Of a stretch of DNA of 32,523 nt, positions 1 through 9,125 are shown piece by piece. The position numbers and the translations under genes were made by a program. Source of the stretch: Myxococcota bacterium (lineage in GTDB: Bacteria; Myxococcota_A; Bradymonadia; UBA4248); NCBI GenBank assembly GCA_045599925.1, contig JAZRWV010000314.1, positions 1 to 32,523 on the forward strand. Direction: 5' to 3'. The notes under the pieces are model-generated. The model worked only from the letters and a program-made list of their open reading frames with translations, did no database searches and was not told the origin of the DNA. The number at the start of each line of letters is the position of its first letter. The stretch's first letter is position 1.

Positions 1-169
1 GAGGGATCCCCAATCTGGGCAAACTAAATTGATAATCCAACTCATCCCACATCATCACAGATAGGCAGCTTATTTTTACGGATGCTGTCAACGGCGTGGT
101 GTATCCACCTCTATCCAAGAGCCCCCGGCTGAATAGTTACCAGCCGCGCACTTTTTTGTGACATGCACA

Positions 170-198
170 TTGAAATACCACAAAAATTCTACTAAACT
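170..198 (+). promoter_or_regulatory. candidate sigma70-type promoter for the small lipoprotein gene
   Basis: TTGAAA (170-175), 17-nt spacer, TAAACT (193-198), about 55 nt upstream of ATG 252. This is a motif match only. Confidence 0.3.
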
Positions 199-251
199 GC
201 CAGATCGTGTGTGAAAACACGCTATTTTTTTTAACCATTCAAGGAGTTAAA

Positions 252-722
252 ATGAAACGTTGGATTAAAGTTGCAGCCTGTTCACTCGCTCTGGCCGGCC
301 TTCTGAACGGATGCTTTGGTAGTTTCGGTGCCACACGCCTTCTCTGGAACTTCAACAAAAACGTCCATTCAAACGTCTTTGTCCAGACACTCGTCATGTG
401 GTGCTTCACCATTCTTCCCGCCTACGAACTCTTCATCTTCGCCGATTGGCTGATCATCAATATGATCGAATTCTTCATGGGTTCAAACCCCATCGGAAAC
501 AACATTCAGTACATTCCCGGCGATGACGGCACGATCACCGCAATGGGCGAAAATGGTGAATCCCTCAAGTTCACAGCAGTTGCTGAAAACCGCATGATCG
601 TTGAACATGACGGCGTCGTTCTCGGCGAAGTGACTGTTGATCAGAACAAGAACGTCACGATGACGAACTATGCCACTGCTGATGTTCAGAATCTCGACCT
701 GAACAGCATTCCGGCGATGTAA
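252..722 (+). CDS. small lipoprotein, DUF3332-like
   Basis: ATG 252 is preceded by AAGGAG (241-246). The signal peptide MKRWIKVAACSLALAGLLNG|C carries a lipobox. The pattern CFGSFG...hydrophobic stretch...IEFFMGSNPI matches my recollection of the DUF3332 family. The GTG 207 extension in the ORF track is not needed. Confidence 0.8.
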   Translation: MKRWIKVAACSLALAGLLNGCFGSFGATRLLWNFNKNVHSNVFVQTLVMWCFTILPAYELFIFADWLIINMIEFFMGSNPIGNNIQYIPGDDGTITAMGENGESLKFTAVAENRMIVEHDGVVLGEVTVDQNKNVTMTNYATADVQNLDLNSIPAM

Positions 723-743
723 TCCATCCCTGATACGGATATG

Positions 744-770
744 AAGACGCCCTTTGCGGCGTCTTTTTTT
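744..770 (+). terminator. intrinsic terminator after the small lipoprotein gene
   Basis: AAGACGCC (744-751) pairs with GGCGTCTT (758-765) across a 6-nt loop, and a T-run follows to 770. It lies 22 nt after the stop codon. Confidence 0.7.
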
Positions 771-780
771 ATTTTGCTTC

Positions 781-842
781 GGCTATTGGCCCTGCGGGCC
801 AATACGCCTCAGGCCGGTGCTATGCTGCGCATACACACCGGC
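781..842. repeat. two REP-like GC-rich hairpins between convergent genes
   Basis: First hairpin: GGCTATTGGCCC-TGC-GGGCCAATACGCC (781-808). Second, nested hairpin: GCCGGTG-C-TATGC-TGC-GCATA-CA-CACCGGC (813-842). They share the architecture seen at 9126-9210, 19949-20011, 24973-25036, 30022-30115 and 30251-30288. Confidence 0.55.
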
Positions 843-873
843 AGAATGGGCTGCAATGATTCTCTGCAGCTGC

Positions 874-2625
874 TTAACTTTTTTGTGCAGCAAGCAACAG
901 CCGTCTGAGTTCGAGATTTACTTCGGTTAAGAAAAGCAGACTGTTTTTTGGGTTTGCGCCATGTTCGAGGAGAACGCGGACACATTCGGTTTTATTTTGT
1001 ATCGTGGCTGACTCTATAGGGCTATCCGTGTTTACATCAGCGCCGGCTTCAGCAAGCAGATCGATAATTTCCGGGGCATTATTTTGAACAGCCATTGTTA
1101 ACAACGGCCAGCCATTGAAATATATGTCGTGATAAACAGCATTTGGATTTGCACCTTTTTCCAGAAGAAGTCTGGTTGCGAGGGTGTCATACGTTTCGAC
1201 AGCCTTTAACAGTGCATCATCTAGTGACAATGCGCCATAAAGTCTGGCAAATTCAAAATCCTGATTGGTAAAAGTTTTGTTCAGATGACAGTAATGCCTG
1301 TTTATTAATTCGAGTGTTGTGAGCGGCATATCTCTGATATTCGTTAATTGATAATACAGTTCAATAATATCCGGGTTCTGTGAACTGAAGTACGTAGCAT
1401 TTTTAATGGCATCTGTGTGTATCAGTGCTAGAAAACACTTCAGATCATTAGAACTTAAGGTGATTTCGAATGGAGTAAGATAATCTCCTTTATAGTTAAC
1501 GTCAGCACCATTCATAATGAGCAGCTGCATTACAGCCGGAGCACGGTGATATGCAGCTTCCTGGAGTAAGGAAAATCTACTCGAGTTATGCTCAATCAGA
1601 AAATTCGCGTTTATACCAGATAACAACAGTTTTTGAACCTGAACGATATCATCTCGCCGGATTGCCTTTTTAATGGCTAACAATGGATTTTTTTCATAGT
1701 CATTCATGGTGTAGCCGTAGGGATTTACCACCGGATTATCACATGGAATGTCAGCACCTGCTATTTTGAGCTGTATGAGCAAAGCAATTTTTTGAGAATA
1801 GTCATCGGAATAGTCGTAGGGTGTTTTGCCGTCGGCATCCTTAATGTTGGGATTGGCCTTATGTTCCAGCAGGGTTTGGATGCATTCGACGGGGGCATTG
1901 TCGCGGATTAGCTTGATAAGAATCGGCGTGCCATCCGCAGAACGCGAATTGGGATCGGCGCCGGCCAGCAGCAGTTCTCTGATGATCTGTTTGGATTTTG
2001 CATAAAATAATGGGGAATTTCCAAGGGGATCCTTTTTATCCGGGTTTCCAATGTCCTGGAGTAATGTTCGAATCAGCATAACGTCGGGGGCGTTGTTTTG
2101 AAGTACCCAGGTGAGCAGAGGGGTTCCGTCGGATGCAAATGCGTTGGGGGTGGCACCGGCTTTGAGGAGTATAGAGGCAATTTCATCGCATTTTGCGTAA
2201 AAAAGCGGGGTTTTGCCGGATGAATTCAGAATGTTGACATCTGCGCCATGTTTGATGAATGAGGACAGTAAAGCCTTCTGTTCTGAAAAAAGCGAGCTGT
2301 CGAAGTTATGAGAAATCAGAATAGAAAGCGCTGATCTGCCGGTTTTGTCATGTACATTCGGATTGGCACCGAGTTCAAGAAGTGAATAAACGTATTGAAA
2401 ATCGCCGATATTTATGCCGTGTGTAATGGCGTGAATGAGAAGTGGTTCATCGTTCTTGGCCAGGGCATTGGGATCGAATGTATTATCATCGGAGCTGTCG
2501 ATGCCAATTTTATTGCACCATTGGATGAGCAGATATTTATCTGCGGACTGTATCTTTTTTCGCAGGCGCATAAAACCGAGACTTGCTGCAGATATCGTGA
2601 ATGCAATGATTGGGATAGGCAGCAT
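874..2625 (-). CDS. ankyrin-repeat protein with N-terminal membrane anchor
   Basis: 583-aa ORF. The N-terminus MLPIPIIAFTISAASLGFM is hydrophobic. More than 10 ANK-like units recur along the protein (G.TPL..A......(I/V)..LL..GA(D/N)(V/P)N), for example GADVNILNSSGKTPLFYA, GADPNSRSADGTPILI and GANPNIKDADGKTP. Confidence 0.9.
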   Translation of the reverse strand: MLPIPIIAFTISAASLGFMRLRKKIQSADKYLLIQWCNKIGIDSSDDNTFDPNALAKNDEPLLIHAITHGINIGDFQYVYSLLELGANPNVHDKTGRSALSILISHNFDSSLFSEQKALLSSFIKHGADVNILNSSGKTPLFYAKCDEIASILLKAGATPNAFASDGTPLLTWVLQNNAPDVMLIRTLLQDIGNPDKKDPLGNSPLFYAKSKQIIRELLLAGADPNSRSADGTPILIKLIRDNAPVECIQTLLEHKANPNIKDADGKTPYDYSDDYSQKIALLIQLKIAGADIPCDNPVVNPYGYTMNDYEKNPLLAIKKAIRRDDIVQVQKLLLSGINANFLIEHNSSRFSLLQEAAYHRAPAVMQLLIMNGADVNYKGDYLTPFEITLSSNDLKCFLALIHTDAIKNATYFSSQNPDIIELYYQLTNIRDMPLTTLELINRHYCHLNKTFTNQDFEFARLYGALSLDDALLKAVETYDTLATRLLLEKGANPNAVYHDIYFNGWPLLTMAVQNNAPEIIDLLAEAGADVNTDSPIESATIQNKTECVRVLLEHGANPKNSLLFLTEVNLELRRLLLAAQKS

Positions 2626-2690
2626 ATAAGCTCCTTGGCATCAGAGGCGGAACATACCGCGTTGCATAAAGGATGATGAAGAGAGAAGGA

Positions 2691-3155
2691 TCAGCGGCGA
2701 TGGGCGTGACAAATGGCGATGGCGAGTGCATCGGAAGCGTCGACGGGCCATTCATTTTGGACGCCGAGGAGGATGCGGACCATGCTGGCGACCTGAGATT
2801 TTTCGGCGTGACCGAAGGAAGTGATGCTTTGTTTCACATCGGTGGGGGAATATTCGAAGAGAGGCATTCCGAAACGGGCGCATGCGACGATGGCGACGCC
2901 TCTGGCGTGACCGAGTTTGATGGCGGCATCGGCATATTTCTGATGGAAAATGCCCTCAAAAGCGGCTTCATCGGGCTGCATTTTTTCGAGATATTCGTTC
3001 AGGAAGACGTCGATTTTGAGAAGACGTTCGGTGAAGGGTGCATTTCCGAGGACGAGTCGGTTGGCGTCGACGTATTTGAGGCGGGAACCGTTGAGTTCGA
3101 TGACGCCGTAACCCATATAACGGGAGCCGGGGTCGATGCCGAGAATTCTGGTCAT
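2691..3155 (-). CDS. ruvC: crossover junction endodeoxyribonuclease RuvC
   Basis: 154 aa. It starts MTRILGIDPGSR.MGYGVIE and ends DASDALAIAICHAHRR, which is the canonical RuvC N-terminal catalytic Asp motif plus the C-terminal acidic/His motif. The length is typical. Confidence 0.95.
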   Translation of the reverse strand: MTRILGIDPGSRYMGYGVIELNGSRLKYVDANRLVLGNAPFTERLLKIDVFLNEYLEKMQPDEAAFEGIFHQKYADAAIKLGHARGVAIVACARFGMPLFEYSPTDVKQSITSFGHAEKSQVASMVRILLGVQNEWPVDASDALAIAICHAHRR

Positions 3156-3260
3156 TGGCAGGGTTCATCCATGAAAAGCAGGCGGAGCGTATGGCCGAGA
3201 GGCCATAGCGGAGCCGATGCGAGCCGTATTGCAAAGCAATAGGCGCGCTTTTGAAAAAGT

Positions 3261-3287
3261 AAAAAAAAGCCCGCCCGAAGGCAGGCT
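3261..3287 (-). terminator. intrinsic terminator downstream of yebC
   Basis: On the minus strand: AGCCTGCC-TTCG-GGCGGGCT followed by T8. It begins 22 nt after the yebC stop codon (3309). Confidence 0.75.
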
Positions 3288-3308
3288 AAAAGCATCGAAA
3301 TTCCACGA

Positions 3309-4043
3309 TTATAAATCGAGTTTTTCCATGATTTCGTCGGAAATATCGGCGTTGGTATAGACGTTCTGGACGTCATCATCATCTTCGAAAATGCCGCAGA
3401 GTTTCATGATAGAAGCAGCAGCTTTTTCATCGACTTTAATGTGGTTCTGGGCAACTTTGGTGATTTCGAAGTTTTCGATTTTGTAACCGGCTTCTTCGAG
3501 CTTTTTCGCGACAGAAGCGACATCGCTAGGCGCAGTAATGATAACACCGTCCTCATTGACGTCATCAGCGCCGGCGTCGAGAGCAGCCATCATGACTTCA
3601 TCAGCATCGTTGTCGCCTTCGAGGGTAATCTGACCGAGGGTTTTGAACTGCCAGGCGACGGAGCCGGCTTCGCCCATCTGACCGCCATTTTTGGAGAACA
3701 TGGAGCGAATATTGGCGACGGTTCTATTTTTGTTATCAGTAAGGGTATCGATGAGAATTGCGACACCGCCTGCACCATAACCTTCGTAAACGTTCTGATC
3801 ATAATGAACTGTCTCACCTTCACCTGAACCACGCTTAATCGCGCGTTCGATGTTATCCTTGGGCATATTGCAGGCTTTGGCCTTTTGGATAGCGAGTCTG
3901 AGAGCGGAGTTGAATTCCGGATCGGTACCGCCCTGAGCGGCGACGATGAGTTCACGGACGACTTTTGTCCACGACTGTGAACGTGCGGCGTCTGTTTTAG
4001 CTTTTTTATGCTTAATAGTACTCCATTTATTATGACCTGACAT
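3309..4043 (-). CDS. yebC: YebC/PmpR family DNA-binding transcriptional regulator
   Basis: From ATG at 4043 the protein reads MSGHNKWSTIKHKKAKTDAARS..W.K..REL, the hallmark YebC N-terminus. It is 245 aa, a typical length. The 44-codon upstream extension in the ORF track is rejected. Confidence 0.95.
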   Translation of the reverse strand: MSGHNKWSTIKHKKAKTDAARSQSWTKVVRELIVAAQGGTDPEFNSALRLAIQKAKACNMPKDNIERAIKRGSGEGETVHYDQNVYEGYGAGGVAILIDTLTDNKNRTVANIRSMFSKNGGQMGEAGSVAWQFKTLGQITLEGDNDADEVMMAALDAGADDVNEDGVIITAPSDVASVAKKLEEAGYKIENFEITKVAQNHIKVDEKAAASIMKLCGIFEDDDDVQNVYTNADISDEIMEKLDL

Positions 4044-4299
4044 AAAACCTCTCAAAAAGGGACAACAAACAATGAAAATCATCATGAGGGATGTCCCAGT
4101 ACCCCTCAGAAACTGACCGCATAGTTTTACACCTTGTATTACCATGGCAACAACAGTTTTTTGCATGCAGGGCAAATCTATTGAGCTTTTATTTGCAATC
4201 TTGGTGCTTTTTCAAAAATGATTGACGATAACGAACAGTCACATTATGATATTACGGCCTTATTGTGGGCATAGTGAATCATCACTTATGGAGATTAAC

Positions 4300-6078
4300 A
4301 TGACAATGAAGAATCGCGGGATTCAACGCTTTTTAGCACTTGCTCTTATGGCTGCCGGCTTCGGCATTTTTTCTGGTTGCAGTCAGATTGATGTCAGCAC
4401 TGAAGAAGGTATGAAAGAAGCCCTCAGCTCAAGACAGAAACTCGATAAAGCCATCCCTAAAATTATGGGTATGTCAACTCGTCCGGAAGAAGTGAACAAA
4501 TACCTCGACGAACTGATTAAACTTTATGCCGATGGAAGCAGCTTTGACCGTGACGTCATTTCTGCAATTGCATCCTCAAAAAATAAAGACAAAATCCACG
4601 ACTCTCTCGTCAAAGCAGCTAAATCTCCAGACTATAAACAGGTCATGCAGGCTGCTATCGGCGCAAAATATACTGAAGATGCCGGTATCGTCGATATCCT
4701 TCTCAGCCGCTGGGATGATAAAAAAGTCGGTATCAATCCTGAAGTTCGTCGTGTCGTCCTCGAAACAGGTACTGCATTTAAAAATCCTGCCATCACTCAA
4801 AAAGCTATCGAAGTCCTCAACGGTCAGCTCGATGAAACACCTTTCGTCCTCCTCAGAACCAGCTGCGATGTCCTCGCATATCAGGCTGATCCCAATGGCC
4901 GGGAAACACTCATGAAGGTCGTTTATCATCAGGATGGTGTCGGACGTACTCTCACCACAAACTGCACTCGCGCTCTCCTCGCACTTGACAAATCTGATGT
5001 CGCGCCCCTGCTCCTCACAGCCTATAAGCTCGAAAATAAAGATCTTATGGCTTATGTCGAAGCTCATCCCGATACCCTCACTCCTGAATCCATTCGAAAC
5101 AACACCGCAAATGCCCTCGCAATGTATCGATATCAGGAAGCTATTGACCCAATGCTCGACTACCTCGAAAATACCAGAACTATTCCCGTTCCTGGCACCC
5201 TCGCCATTCGCCCAAATACTGACCCAGCATGGCAGATGTGGGCTGGCCTCGTCGGCGTCGCTGCTCAGTCAACCCTCTTCGCTATCAATGATATCGGCAT
5301 CCGAAATAACGAAAGAGCTAAAAAAATTCTCGTCGACATCTTTAACTGGACAACACCTTATCAGTCAAAATTCAAAAACGCCATCGAACTCACCGGTTCC
5401 ACAAATATCGAAGTTTCTCAGCGCGTCAACGCCTTCCGCGCTCTGCGCGAAAATGACCTCCTCTCAAATGCTGAAGTCCTCGCAATGATCGAAACCCTGA
5501 AAGGCGAAGAATTCATCGATGAAAGAACCTGGAGACCTTTCGCTCGCTCTTCGATCGGCACTGATATGGTCACATACTGCGCTGTGACTTCAAAACCTGG
5601 TGACACAAACACGATTTGGGCCGCTTTCAACGCCATGAAACAGCCTGATAAGGAATTCTATGTGCCTCAGGTCGCTGAAGGCGAAGTCAAGAAAGACCAC
5701 TACAATGACAACGTATACAAACGTATTGATGACGTTAAAGCCGCTTTTGAACTCGCTGATGAATGCCAGACAAATGTTGACTGCTATGCCGGAAAATTAA
5801 AACCCGATATGGACAGCTATGCAAGAGTCAGAGCTATATACGAGCTCGGTCTTTCCGGTGATCACAAATACTTTGAAACCGTTTGCAACGAATACAAGAA
5901 TCTTGATGTCTTCGGGCAGCTCTATGGCACAAAGGCTCTCGCCCTGCTCGGTACAAAAGACGATGTTCAGGCCATTAAAGACCTCAATAAAAAACTCGCC
6001 AGTGAAATGAATAACATTCAGTACATCGCTGCAAAACCAAACCTCGATGGCCTCGTTACTACTCTCGCTAATAAATAA
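4300..6078 (+). CDS. putative lipoprotein, predominantly alpha-helical, unknown function
   Basis: MTMKNRGIQRFLALALMAAGFGIFSG|CSQ is a lipoprotein signal peptide. GGAG (4290-4293) lies before ATG 4300; ATG 4288 and 4306 are alternative starts. The ORF is long with clean coding periodicity. I recognise no family. Confidence 0.75.
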   Translation: MTMKNRGIQRFLALALMAAGFGIFSGCSQIDVSTEEGMKEALSSRQKLDKAIPKIMGMSTRPEEVNKYLDELIKLYADGSSFDRDVISAIASSKNKDKIHDSLVKAAKSPDYKQVMQAAIGAKYTEDAGIVDILLSRWDDKKVGINPEVRRVVLETGTAFKNPAITQKAIEVLNGQLDETPFVLLRTSCDVLAYQADPNGRETLMKVVYHQDGVGRTLTTNCTRALLALDKSDVAPLLLTAYKLENKDLMAYVEAHPDTLTPESIRNNTANALAMYRYQEAIDPMLDYLENTRTIPVPGTLAIRPNTDPAWQMWAGLVGVAAQSTLFAINDIGIRNNERAKKILVDIFNWTTPYQSKFKNAIELTGSTNIEVSQRVNAFRALRENDLLSNAEVLAMIETLKGEEFIDERTWRPFARSSIGTDMVTYCAVTSKPGDTNTIWAAFNAMKQPDKEFYVPQVAEGEVKKDHYNDNVYKRIDDVKAAFELADECQTNVDCYAGKLKPDMDSYARVRAIYELGLSGDHKYFETVCNEYKNLDVFGQLYGTKALALLGTKDDVQAIKDLNKKLASEMNNIQYIAAKPNLDGLVTTLANK

Positions 6079-6107
6079 TCTTTCACTCTTGCGGTGAAAT
6101 TATTCTA

Positions 6108-6149
6108 AAAGACCAGATTCAGGTTCGATTTCCTCATCTGGTCTTTTTT
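6108..6149 (+). terminator. intrinsic terminator
   Basis: AAAGACCAGAT (6108-6118) pairs with ATCTGGTCTTT (6136-6146), and a T-run follows to 6149. It starts 30 nt after the stop at 6078. Confidence 0.75.
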
Positions 6150-6197
6150 CATTTTGTCTTCTCTCCGGCCCAGCCCATCCTCATTTCAGAGGTTCCA

Positions 6198-8420
6198 ATG
6201 CAGTTCCCAACCGCACCGATTTTGCCTTCAAATCCAATGATTTCACATCTCGAACTCGAACTCGAATGGCTGCGCGCTCTATTATTGGTCAGAATTCGAG
6301 AAATGCAGGCAACAGGCCTCCTGCCAGGTGCTGAAAACCTTCGTCCGGGAACTGTCGTTTATCCACAGGAAGTCGAAGCCAGACTCCATGAACAGGACGA
6401 AATTGCCAATGATCCAACACTCGATGAAGTCGAAGCAAAAGCTCGACTCGCTCAGGTCGAACACAAAAGAAGACAGTTCTATCGCGACCATACCGTCTTT
6501 GACACAACCGCCCCTCTCGCGTTTCTCAAACAACAGTACAGACTCGATGATGCTCAGTATCTCCTGCTGCTCATCGTCGCTGCTCCTGCTTTTAATCCAT
6601 CTTTTTCCAGACTTTACGCATTCATTCAGAACCATTTTGAACGCGATTATCCTACTCTCGCTCTATTTATCGAAATCTTTTCAAAAAACAGCAGAAATAC
6701 AGCCGGTCTAAACCGCCTCATTTCCCCGGGAAGCCTCCTCATCGGCGAAGGTCTTATCGAAATCCAATATACCTCAAGCATTCTGCCGCCGAACAAACAG
6801 CCTCTCACGCTTCCAATGCGAATCCAGTCATTTATCGGCGGCATCGAAATGATCGATTCAAGACTCGCTGCCTACACAGAACTGCGTTCACGACGATCGC
6901 TCAATACAGAAACGATGCTCACAGAAAGACAGCATCGAGAATGGTATTCCAGAATTGACAAAATTAGTGCACTCCTCCACACTGGAAAACAGCTTCCTCT
7001 CTGCTATATCACAGGCCCATCCGGTGCAGGAAAACGCCGTTTCGGTCAGGAAGTCGCCGCCATGCTCAACCGAGATTTGCTCTGCGTCGATATCAAAGCC
7101 GTTCAGGAATCGTTCGAAAGTTTTGCTTACGGTGTCAGTGTCGCATGCCGCGAAGCCATGCTCCACAACGCCATCGTCTGCTTTTATGGCTGGGAAACTC
7201 TGATACTCCCAACAACTGCAGAAGATGCGAATTTCCATGCACAAATCACAGCGCTTCATCTCAACGTCTGTCGTGTGCTCGATTCCATTCTCGCATGGCA
7301 TCCTCAAACCATCATCATCACCTGTCAAAATAGCGTTTCTTTCCCGCCTCGCCTCGATACTCGCAATGTCGAAGCTTTGCGCCTCACCATGCCCGATCAC
7401 ATTACGAGCCGAAAGTTGTGGGAAATCGCTCTTCCTCCGGAAAAACGCGACGAAAATTGCGATATCCAGGCATACGCCGAAAATTTCCATCTCACTCCAG
7501 GGCAGATTTCTGATGCCGTCTGCGTTGCTGCTTACGAATCTGAACCCTCCAACATCGTCAATACCGATCACATCATCGGCGCCGTCAAACAACAAATGCG
7601 GCACCGTCTCAGCGAACATGCCACACTCATTGAAAAAACCTATAAATGGGAAGATCTCATCGTCAACAAGGACGTCGAAATGCAGCTCCATGAAATCGTT
7701 TATCGATATCAATACAGAGCCCGCGTTCTTGACGACTGGGGACTCGGTGACAGATTCGGCCACGATATCGGCCTTTCCGCCCTCTTCGACGGCCCTCCGG
7801 GATCCGGTAAAAGTATGTGCGCTGCCCTCATCGCCAATGAAATTGGAATCGATATCTATCAGGTCGATCTTTCACGCGTCATGTCAAAATACGTCGGCGA
7901 AACCGAGAAAAATCTCGCCCAAATCTTCAACGAAGCCGAAAATGCTCAGGCTATGCTCCTCTTCGACGAAGCCGATTCTCTTTTCGGACAACGAACAAAC
8001 GTCAAAAATTCAAACGACAAATACGCAAATCTCGAAGTCAACTACCTCCTCCAGCGTATCGAACGTTTTCCCGGCGTCGCCATTCTGACCACAAACTTCC
8101 CGGCCGGAATCGATGAAGCCTTCGCAAGACGTCTTTCGCTTCGCGTTTCTTTCCCAAAACCTTCAAAAGCCGAACGCGCAAGACTTTGGCAGTCCATGCT
8201 TCGCTCTTCAAAACTTCCTAAAGGAAAAATCGATTATCGCGAACTCGCTACAGAATTTGAAATCACAGGCGGTTACATCAAAAATTCCGTCCTCAGAGCC
8301 GCTTTTATTGCCGCATCAACCAACGGCATCGTCGATCAGGACACGCTTTATCAGGCCGCACGCATTGAAATGAAAAGCATGGGCATGCTCGTTTCTCACA
8401 ATGATGAGGATGTCGAATGA
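6198..8420 (+). CDS. two-domain AAA+ ATPase (degenerate N-terminal P-loop domain plus canonical C-terminal AAA module)
   Basis: The C-terminal module has Walker A GPPGSGKS, Walker B LLFDEAD, and KYVGETEKNL...NYLLQRIE...AILTTN...D.AF.RR, all classic-clade AAA features. The upstream domain has GPSGAGKR but no acidic Walker B (AIVCFYGWE). AGAGG precedes ATG 6198. Confidence 0.9.
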   Translation: MQFPTAPILPSNPMISHLELELEWLRALLLVRIREMQATGLLPGAENLRPGTVVYPQEVEARLHEQDEIANDPTLDEVEAKARLAQVEHKRRQFYRDHTVFDTTAPLAFLKQQYRLDDAQYLLLLIVAAPAFNPSFSRLYAFIQNHFERDYPTLALFIEIFSKNSRNTAGLNRLISPGSLLIGEGLIEIQYTSSILPPNKQPLTLPMRIQSFIGGIEMIDSRLAAYTELRSRRSLNTETMLTERQHREWYSRIDKISALLHTGKQLPLCYITGPSGAGKRRFGQEVAAMLNRDLLCVDIKAVQESFESFAYGVSVACREAMLHNAIVCFYGWETLILPTTAEDANFHAQITALHLNVCRVLDSILAWHPQTIIITCQNSVSFPPRLDTRNVEALRLTMPDHITSRKLWEIALPPEKRDENCDIQAYAENFHLTPGQISDAVCVAAYESEPSNIVNTDHIIGAVKQQMRHRLSEHATLIEKTYKWEDLIVNKDVEMQLHEIVYRYQYRARVLDDWGLGDRFGHDIGLSALFDGPPGSGKSMCAALIANEIGIDIYQVDLSRVMSKYVGETEKNLAQIFNEAENAQAMLLFDEADSLFGQRTNVKNSNDKYANLEVNYLLQRIERFPGVAILTTNFPAGIDEAFARRLSLRVSFPKPSKAERARLWQSMLRSSKLPKGKIDYRELATEFEITGGYIKNSVLRAAFIAASTNGIVDQDTLYQAARIEMKSMGMLVSHNDEDVE

Positions 8421-9115
8421 ACGACCCAAATACGCCACACACCGAATTCCTGCGCGATATCCAATCATGGGTCTGGAAGCGCTTTCCAACGCGTCAGCTC
8501 TCCGCAACTGATATATTTTATGCGCTTCAGTGGGCCGAATCCGGCGTGCCGTTCTGTATTTTTTCCGACGGTTTCGAAGCCTGGCTACACACTCATCCAC
8601 TTGAATTCGTCAAATCCGGCAATCTGTCCGATCTTCATTTCCAAGCAGACCGCATTATCAAAGCCTATCATCAGCATATTTCATCTGCACCAGATACAAC
8701 ACCGACGATCGTCGACGATCCATACGACACCGCACTCACACGAATTGCCGAAGTCGGAAAAAAAACAAAAAACCCACTTCTACGCGACGAATTGCGAATA
8801 TTTTATCAAAATATGCTCATTTCCCGCACAGAGGCCAGAAAACTCTATCCCGACTGGAACCAGCGCTCCGAATCGTTTTATCCCCTTAAAGCTCGCGCAA
8901 TCATCGACTGGGACAAAGCTCTTAAAACACTTCTTCAGCATTGCTTTTCCATGCTTTCCGAGCAGGAACAGACACACCTCAAAAAACTTGCGCCTGTCGA
9001 TGAAATTCACTGCATGAAAATTGGCGAAGACGCACAATATATATATAAAACTCGAATTCTCAATCAAAAAATTGCTGATTATTTCGAAATTTCTGCACTC
9101 ATAAAAAGTTTATAA
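8417..9115 (+). CDS. hypothetical protein translationally coupled to the AAA+ ATPase
   Basis: ATGA overlap: start 8417 and ATPase stop 8418-8420. 232-aa ORF with no motif I recognise. The overlapping alternate-frame ORFs are shorter and compositionally poor. Confidence 0.65.
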   Translation: MNDPNTPHTEFLRDIQSWVWKRFPTRQLSATDIFYALQWAESGVPFCIFSDGFEAWLHTHPLEFVKSGNLSDLHFQADRIIKAYHQHISSAPDTTPTIVDDPYDTALTRIAEVGKKTKNPLLRDELRIFYQNMLISRTEARKLYPDWNQRSESFYPLKARAIIDWDKALKTLLQHCFSMLSEQEQTHLKKLAPVDEIHCMKIGEDAQYIYKTRILNQKIADYFEISALIKSL

Positions 9116-9125
9116 TTTTTTATAT

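Noticed and set aside
1-60. Possible minus-strand gene start (MMWDELDYQFSLPRLGIP...) running off the left edge
   Set aside because: Only about 19 codons are visible, there is no RBS, and there is no recognisable motif. It cannot be supported.
126-157. Hairpin CGGCTG-N9-CAGCCG followed by a T6 run, as a terminator for a gene upstream of the window
   Set aside because: The stem is short and 5 nt separate it from the T-run. No supported ORF ends in 1-125; each of the three forward frames shows only a short open tail. Too weak to call.
207-251. GTG-initiated extension of the small lipoprotein, and the similar upstream extensions at 4222-4299 and 14790-14834
   Set aside because: Internal ATG codons with Shine-Dalgarno-like sequences give canonical lipoprotein signal peptides. 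The extensions add non-signal residues ahead of the n-region.
2673-3242. 189-aa ORF on the plus strand
   Set aside because: It is entirely antisense to the well-supported ruvC gene. Its Gly/Asp/Glu-rich composition is typical of a shadow ORF.
4044-4175. 44-codon N-terminal extension of the yebC ORF in the ORF track
   Set aside because: The canonical YebC N-terminus MSGHNKW begins at ATG 4043. The extension is hydrophobic junk with no homology expectation.
6888-7763. 291-aa minus-strand ORF, plus the 287-aa alternate-frame ORF at 7225-8088
   Set aside because: Both lie wholly inside the AAA+ ATPase gene. That gene's frame carries the Walker A/B and other family motifs. The composition of the two ORFs (Ser/Cys/Phe-rich) looks non-coding.
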